64,000 bases of DNA from Candidatus Nanoarchaeia archaeon (GTDB taxonomy: Archaea > Nanobdellota > Nanobdellia > Tiddalikarchaeales > Tiddalikarchaeaceae). Made by a program: the position numbers and the translations under genes. The stretch covers positions 6,443 to 70,442 of the forward strand of contig JBAZGS010000006.1 in NCBI GenBank assembly GCA_041652755.1, read 5' to 3'. The notes below the pieces were generated by a model, which did no database searches, was not told the DNA's origin, and worked only from the letters and a program-made list of their open reading frames with translations. Below, piece after piece: positions 58,138 through 64,000 of the stretch (its first letter is position 1; each line of letters opens with the position of its first letter).

Positions 58138-58211
58138 AACAATTGTTATTAATTGGGTTTTTTAAAGATTTACTATTTAAAAAAAATAAGTTTAAAAAAA
58201 ATTAAAAATTA

Positions 58212-58490
58212 TTACATTTGCTCTGAATTAATCTTAGGCTCGTCAAAATTCACTATGGATTTTGAAATTAATGCAATATCTCCTATTGCTTTAATGTAAC
58301 AATGGCCTACCATTACTTTTTTTGCACCGGTTGCAGTCTTTGCAAGCAACGAATTGGGTGTTGCTTTTATTTTCCATCCATAAACCCTGTTGCCTTGGAT
58401 AAAAGCTTCCTCTATTTCGCCGTAGTAGTCCCCTAATTCAGTGTAAACTTTTAGTCCTTCCATATCATTTATGCTTTTTAATCTTAACAT
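58212..58490 (-). CDS. PRC-barrel domain protein
   Basis: GLKVYTELGDYYGEIEE, IKAIGDIALI; start moved to MLRLK. Confidence 0.88.
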   Translation of the reverse strand: MLRLKSINDMEGLKVYTELGDYYGEIEEAFIQGNRVYGWKIKATPNSLLAKTATGAKKVMVGHCYIKAIGDIALISKSIVNFDEPKINSEQM

Positions 58491-58491
58491 A

Positions 58492-58986
58492 TTAGTTAAG
58501 TTTGAATTGCTCAAATATAAACTTTTCTTCTCCTTTTTGGATGTTGAAATATTCAAAGAATTTCTCACCTAAAGTCAATTTATAGCTCTTACCATCAGGG
58601 GCTGAATTAACAAACCCCATTTCATTCAAGCTTTTTATATGCTCATAAGCCTTGTTTCCTCTTATTCTTACAACTTCCCCTTGGCTTATTCCTTGCTTCC
58701 AGGCAATAACGCTTAATGTCTTAATTAAAGATTTTGAAATGTCCCCTGGAATTAGCTCATCAACCCCATTTATTAATTCCCTATGAACAGTCATCCTGTA
58801 AATATTATTTAGATTAAGTATTGTGAAAGCCTTGTCATTTGACTCGTATTCGCTTTTTAGCTCATTTATAGTATTGATAGCTTCTTGTTTTGTGCAATTA
58901 GTCTTTTGGCATAATTCATCAATAGTTAATCCTTTACTTATTATGAATAACAGAGCTTCAACTTTTTTCTTTAACTCATTAGGCAT
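58492..58986 (-). CDS. scpB: SMC-Scp complex subunit ScpB
   Basis: VEALLF, TLSVIAWKQ, VRIRG..YEHI, KFFEYF; start moved to MPNE. Confidence 0.93.
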   Translation of the reverse strand: MPNELKKKVEALLFIISKGLTIDELCQKTNCTKQEAINTINELKSEYESNDKAFTILNLNNIYRMTVHRELINGVDELIPGDISKSLIKTLSVIAWKQGISQGEVVRIRGNKAYEHIKSLNEMGFVNSAPDGKSYKLTLGEKFFEYFNIQKGEEKFIFEQFKLN

Positions 58987-59029
58987 GAATATTATTAGAA
59001 AACTCAAAAGATTTAAAGTTTATGCTAAT

Positions 59030-60514
59030 TTAATCGAGTTTTAACTCATTTTCTACAGGGCAAGGGTAATCATTGTTAGTGCAAGCTAAGCATATGCCTG
59101 AAGTGCTTAAATCAATAGATTGGTCATCTGGAATCTTATTTATAGCCCTTATTAGCCCTTCTTTTGATATGAACTGCACTGAATCAGCACCTATTTCTTT
59201 ACATATCTCTTCAAGGCTCCTGTTATATGAAAGCAGTTCTTTATGGGTTGGAAAATCAATGCCCATATAGCAAGGATCAATAATCCCAGGAAAAGTGACT
59301 TTTACATGAACACTTTTTGCACCAGCTTCCCTTAAGCGGGTTACGTTGCTTTTAGTTGTTGTTCCTCTAACTATTGTATCATCTATTAATATTATGTTTT
59401 TTCCTTCTACTGCACTTTTGATTATTATATATTTTTCAGAATTAAGCTTTGATGCTTTTTTCCTGTCATTAGGATTACCGTTAATAAATGTCCTTTTATA
59501 ATAATACCTGTTTCTTGCCATTCCAATTCTTATTTTTATTCCTGATTCATTTGAGTAAGCTGTTGCTGCAGGCATCCCGGAATCTGGAACCCCGAAAATT
59601 CTCCAATCCTTTTTTTCTAATTCTGTTAGATTAAGCGGCTGCTCTCTGTAAAGAGTTTTTCCGCATCTTACCCTGGTGTCATTTACAGTTTTTCCTTCAA
59701 TTATTGAATCAATTGATGCAAAGTAAACATATTCTAAGGGGCATATGGCTTTTCTTTTTGGCGGCAACTGCAAAGAATCTATTTTGTTATTTTTTATTTC
59801 TATTAATTCTCCTGGATTAATATCTCTTAAAAATTCAGCGTCAATGAATTCCATTGACCTTGTTTCTGAAGAGATAATATAACCTTTGCTGTTTTGCAAT
59901 TTTCCAATGCTTAGGGGCTTAAACCCGTGGCCATCTTTTAGAGCATAAATGTTTCCGTTGTTATCCATAACTATGATATTATATGCCCCTTGCATTTTGT
60001 TATAAATATTTTCTAAAGACTTGTTTAAGCTTTTTTCTTTGGCGTATTCATCAATTATTAAATTCTTTATCACTTCAGTGTCAGTGCTTGTTTCAAAGTT
60101 ATAATCTCTTAGCTGCTTTTTTAAAGAGTTGTAATTTGTGAGATTCCCGTTGAATTCTACTGCAAAGCTTGAATTATCAATTAATTGCCCTATCATTGGG
60201 TGAAGTTTTTTCACTGCTTCTTCTTTGTTTTCAAACTCATTAACTGATGTTGTTGCGTAACGCGTGTGGCCTATGCCTTTGCTTCCTTTCAAATTATTTA
60301 ATATTTTTGGCTGAAAAACATCCCCAACTAATCCGATGTCTTTGTAAAAATAAATCTCATTCTGGTAGCTTGTTGCCATTCCGCATCCTAACTCCCCCCT
60401 GTGCTGTATACCCTGCATTCCAAGATAGATCAAATCCGAGATGTTTCCTGAAGTTGCATAAATCGCAACTACTCCGCATTCTTCATGCAGCTCATCATCT
60501 AATGACTCTTTCAC
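59030..60514 (-). CDS. purF: Amidophosphoribosyltransferase
   Basis: Propeptide then CGVV, QHRG, GHTRYAT, NGNLTN, CPLEYVYF, IDDTIVRGTT, PCYMGID, CLAC. Confidence 0.96.
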   Translation of the reverse strand: MKESLDDELHEECGVVAIYATSGNISDLIYLGMQGIQHRGELGCGMATSYQNEIYFYKDIGLVGDVFQPKILNNLKGSKGIGHTRYATTSVNEFENKEEAVKKLHPMIGQLIDNSSFAVEFNGNLTNYNSLKKQLRDYNFETSTDTEVIKNLIIDEYAKEKSLNKSLENIYNKMQGAYNIIVMDNNGNIYALKDGHGFKPLSIGKLQNSKGYIISSETRSMEFIDAEFLRDINPGELIEIKNNKIDSLQLPPKRKAICPLEYVYFASIDSIIEGKTVNDTRVRCGKTLYREQPLNLTELEKKDWRIFGVPDSGMPAATAYSNESGIKIRIGMARNRYYYKRTFINGNPNDRKKASKLNSEKYIIIKSAVEGKNIILIDDTIVRGTTTKSNVTRLREAGAKSVHVKVTFPGIIDPCYMGIDFPTHKELLSYNRSLEEICKEIGADSVQFISKEGLIRAINKIPDDQSIDLSTSGICLACTNNDYPCPVENELKLD

Positions 60515-60653
60515 GAATAATTAGGCTTTGCCTTTTTTAATAATGATTTTTGTCTTCTAAAATAATCAAGCAATGGATGAAATCCTTTTTAAAGCTCAAA
60601 GATTATATTATATCTTTATATAAAAATAAGGCTTAATGCTTAAAATCTTGGCA

Positions 60654-60845
60654 TTATAAAAGTATGATTATTGCCAAAATTATTGCTATTAATATGATTA
60701 TTATTGGCCAAGTGTTAAAACTTTCTTTTCCTTCATATTTCTTTATTGCTTTGTAAAAATTGTTTTCCTGCACCACTTCATTCTTTGTAATTTCTGGAAT
60801 TTGTTCTAGCTGGTTTTCAATTTTGTCCTTTTTGGCTTTTGGCAT
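60654..60845 (-). CDS. Small tail-anchored membrane protein
   Basis: 63 aa ending in a hydrophobic helix. Confidence 0.6.
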   Translation of the reverse strand: MPKAKKDKIENQLEQIPEITKNEVVQENNFYKAIKKYEGKESFNTWPIIIILIAIILAIIILL

Positions 60846-60888
60846 AAATATTAATTGAATTGCTCAGAATTTATTAATTTTGCCAAAG

Positions 60889-61638
60889 TCACTGCTGTTC
60901 TTCGATTCTTATTGGCTTTGTTATTTTTATTTCTCCAAATTGCTCTTTTTGATTCAAAGATATTTTTCCATCACAGTTTAAATGAAGCAAAGGGACAAAT
61001 GTCCATATTACATCCTTTCTTTCATGTGAGGGCAGTAATTCTTCAAACGTTATCTCTTCTTTTTTCATTTTAGTGAAAAATCCGCTTATTTGAGTGTAAA
61101 TGCTTTTTATCTTTCCAGTTATGTCTATTGGCTCCCTTGCTTTGAATTGCATCTTTTCTTTTAGTTCTTCCCTTCTTGTGTTTCTTCTGTCTTTTACAAC
61201 CATTGCATCCTTCAAGGCTTCAACTAATTCGTCAAGGCTTATTGGCTTTATTCTCTGCCTTGGAAGATTGGGATTAATGCTTGTTTTTGATTCTTCAAAT
61301 TTTTGCCTCATTGCCTGGTTTCTCATCTCTTCACTTAAGTATTCAATGTTTAAGTCATCAAAGAAGTCCTCAAAGTATTCTTGCGCAAAAGTAATGTCTT
61401 GAAACTCGAAATTATCGCTTTTCATTTTAAGCAGCATTGCAGCTGCGAGCATGAATTTTCCACTTAATCTGAAATCAACGTTTTTTAGCTGATTCACTAC
61501 TTCCATGTATTTGCTTGACAGAAAACTTACATCAATATCCCAAGGGTTAATGTTTTCTTTTTTCACAATATCCCTAAGCAATCCTTCCCAAGTAAGCTCT
61601 TGGCTTATTATTAATTCATAAATTGCCAAATCATCCAA
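60889..61638 (-). CDS. scpA: Kleisin ScpA
   Basis: [37 protein letters not shown]. Confidence 0.93.
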   Translation of the reverse strand: MDDLAIYELIISQELTWEGLLRDIVKKENINPWDIDVSFLSSKYMEVVNQLKNVDFRLSGKFMLAAAMLLKMKSDNFEFQDITFAQEYFEDFFDDLNIEYLSEEMRNQAMRQKFEESKTSINPNLPRQRIKPISLDELVEALKDAMVVKDRRNTRREELKEKMQFKAREPIDITGKIKSIYTQISGFFTKMKKEEITFEELLPSHERKDVIWTFVPLLHLNCDGKISLNQKEQFGEIKITKPIRIEEQQ

Positions 61639-64000
61639 GATAGCTCAGCCCCTGCTTTATCTCTTCTTTCTGTTTTTCTTTTGCTTTTTCGTTAAAATAA
61701 CTATACATATTAATGGTTTCTTCGTCAACGCTTGGCTTGGAATTCTCAAGAGCTTGCTTGAAATTTTTAAGGGTTACTTCCTTGCTTTCAATATTCTCCC
61801 TTAAAGCTATCATTGCTGCTTCCCTGCACACGTTTTCAATGTCAGCTCCAGTATAATTCTCCATATTTTTAGCTAATTCTTCAATTTTTACAGTCTTTGC
61901 AAGAGGCATGTTTTGTGTATGAACTTTCATTATTTCAATTCTTGCAGCCTCATCAGGCGCGGGCACCATAATTAATCTGTCTAGTCTTCCAGGCCTTAGC
62001 ATTCCAGGGTCAATCATATCTGGCCTATTAGTTGCAGCTATGATTATCACATTTTGCAATTCTTCCAAGCCGTCAAGTTCGGTTAATAGTTGATTGACTA
62101 CTTGCTCTGTAACTCCTGAAGAATCGCTTCTGAGCCCTCTTCTTGGAACTAATGAATCTATTTCATCAAAAAATATTATGCATGGCGCTACTTGCCTTGC
62201 TTTTCTGAAAGTTTCCCTTACTGCTTTCTCGCTTTCTCCAACCCATTTGCTTAAAAGTTCCGGCCCTTTTATGCTTATAAAATTCATCTCTGTTTCTTTT
62301 GCTGCAGCTTTTGCAAGCATTGTCTTGCCAGTGCCAGGAGGGCCGTATAATAATATACCCCTTGGCGGCCTTATGCCTAATTTTTTGAAATTCTCAGCAT
62401 GTTTTATTGGCCACTCAACGCTTTCTTTAAGCATTTGCTTGACTTCTTCTAATCCTCCAATATCCGTCCATTTAATGTTTGGAATCTGGACTATTACTTC
62501 TCTCATTGCGCTTGGCCTTACTACTCTGAAACCATAATCAAAATCTTCCTTTGAGACAACTACGTTTTTCAATTTGTCTTCTGAAACCTTGTCATCCTTA
62601 TCCCAGTCAATGTCAGGTATTAATTTTCTTATAACATTCATTGCTGCTTCTCTGCATAAAGATTCTAAATCAGCTCCAACAAAACCATGAGTCTTATTAG
62701 CTAAATATTTTAAATAATCGCTTGCAGACCTATGCTTAACCCTTTCATAAAATGACTTGTTTAATATATTGAACATTATTAATGATTCTATTATTTCTAC
62801 TTCTTTTTTTGAGGTTTTGTCTTTTGCAATCTTTAAAAAATTATTCTTTGATTCAGCTATTAAATCTGAAAGTATTTCATTTGAAAATGATATTTCTTTT
62901 ATGCTTAATAAAATATTTTCAATAAAATCCTTATTTTCTGTTTTTAAAAATAATTTACGTAATTCAATTAGTTCTTTTTCTCTTAGATTAATACTTCCTT
63001 TTTCTTTTGTTTTTAGCATTGAATCAATGTTTAATAAAATCTCCTTTACTGCCGAATCATTATTCCATTCTCCTTCTATAGGCATATTCCTTGTATGAAT
63101 CTTAAGTATCTCTAATCTTCCTTCCCTGCTTGGAACGCCGATTTCAATCTCTCTGTCAAATCTTCCTGGCCTTCTAAGAGCTGGATCTAGGGAGTTAGGC
63201 CTGTTAGTTGCAGCCATCACTATAACTTTTCTGCCCTTTAATCCATCCATTATTGCAAGCAGCTGCGCCACCACCCTTCTTTCTACTTCTCCGCTGTTGT
63301 CCTGCCTTTTGCTTGCAATTGCATCTATTTCATCTATGAATATTATGCTAGGCGCTTTTTTTTCAGCATCTTCAAAAATTTTCCTTAATTGCTTTTCAGC
63401 TTCACCAACCCATTTAGACATTATTTCTGGGCCGTTTAGACTTACAAAATTGGCTTCGCTTTCTCCTGCAACTGCTTTTGCAAGCAAAGTTTTTCCAGTA
63501 CCTGGAGGTCCGTGCAGCAATACTCCTTTTGGCGGCTGAATACCAAGCTTCTCAAAGACTTCAGGATGTCTCATTGGCAGCTCCACCATTTCTCTTACCT
63601 TCTTGACTTCATCCGTTAGTCCACCAATGTCCTCATAAGTAATGTCTGGTATTTTTTGCTTGTTCGCAACTGGAGTTGGATCATAATCAATCTCTGTGAC
63701 ATCAGTTATTACAACATTTGTTTTAGGGTTGGTTTTTGAAACAACTAGTTTTATTTCTGGGCCAAAACCCATGCCTGATTCAGTGCTGGGCATAAATGAA
63801 TTAATATCTTCTTCAATCATTTTGAAAATGTCTGCAAAGTTCTCGCTTCCCCTTAAGCTTATTCTTCTGCTTCTTGTTCCACCTAAAGTAATTGTGTCAT
63901 CTTCCCTGACAAATCTTCCAAGCAGGCTTCTTTTAAGTGTTGCTGCATTAATGTTTAATTTAATGTTTTCATCTGTAGGTGATAGCGTGATTTTTTTTGC
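61631..64000 (-). CDS. cdc48: CDC48/VCP AAA+ ATPase (5'-partial)
   Basis: Two AAA modules (GPPGTGKT twice, [22 protein letters not shown]); frame is open to the window edge. Confidence 0.97.
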   Translation of the reverse strand, partial: AKKITLSPTDENIKLNINAATLKRSLLGRFVREDDTITLGGTRSRRISLRGSENFADIFKMIEEDINSFMPSTESGMGFGPEIKLVVSKTNPKTNVVITDVTEIDYDPTPVANKQKIPDITYEDIGGLTDEVKKVREMVELPMRHPEVFEKLGIQPPKGVLLHGPPGTGKTLLAKAVAGESEANFVSLNGPEIMSKWVGEAEKQLRKIFEDAEKKAPSIIFIDEIDAIASKRQDNSGEVERRVVAQLLAIMDGLKGRKVIVMAATNRPNSLDPALRRPGRFDREIEIGVPSREGRLEILKIHTRNMPIEGEWNNDSAVKEILLNIDSMLKTKEKGSINLREKELIELRKLFLKTENKDFIENILLSIKEISFSNEILSDLIAESKNNFLKIAKDKTSKKEVEIIESLIMFNILNKSFYERVKHRSASDYLKYLANKTHGFVGADLESLCREAAMNVIRKLIPDIDWDKDDKVSEDKLKNVVVSKEDFDYGFRVVRPSAMREVIVQIPNIKWTDIGGLEEVKQMLKESVEWPIKHAENFKKLGIRPPRGILLYGPPGTGKTMLAKAAAKETEMNFISIKGPELLSKWVGESEKAVRETFRKARQVAPCIIFFDEIDSLVPRRGLRSDSSGVTEQVVNQLLTELDGLEELQNVIIIAATNRPDMIDPGMLRPGRLDRLIMVPAPDEAARIEIMKVHTQNMPLAKTVKIEELAKNMENYTGADIENVCREAAMIALRENIESKEVTLKNFKQALENSKPSVDEETINMYSYFNEKAKEKQKEEIKQGLSYLG

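Noticed and set aside
62720..63076. Intein in CDC48
   Set aside because: No intein terminal residues or LAGLIDADG motifs

Overview
AT-rich, gene-dense archaeal chromosome segment. Archaeal markers include dph5/dph2, aEF-1beta, aTrm56, the nurA-herA-mre11-rad50 cluster, Hef, LonB, CDC48, an S-layer protein and BHB-intron tRNAs. Compact and split genes suggest a DPANN/Nanoarchaeota-type lineage (inference). Most of the window is housekeeping: translation/RNA modification, DNA repair, proteolysis, nucleotide salvage, surface glycosylation, plus three tRNAs (Tyr and Leu with introns, initiator Met). Main unexplained signals: (1) the tRNA-Leu(CAA) intron carries a 10-nt antisense to its own anticodon arm directly before a D'-box/K-turn-like motif, and the D+5 rule lands exactly on wobble C34; the tRNA-Tyr intron has a parallel layout; (2) a secreted 767-aa protein with a mirror-symmetric ladder of 18 cysteines and a C-terminal HEXXH domain, translationally coupled to a small immunity-like gene next to the S-layer gene; (3) an exact 82-bp tandem repeat derived from the tRNA-iMet 3' end that contains a GCGAAGC mini-hairpin. 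No CRISPR array, rRNA or transposase was seen. All calls come from motif recognition by eye; no database searches were run.
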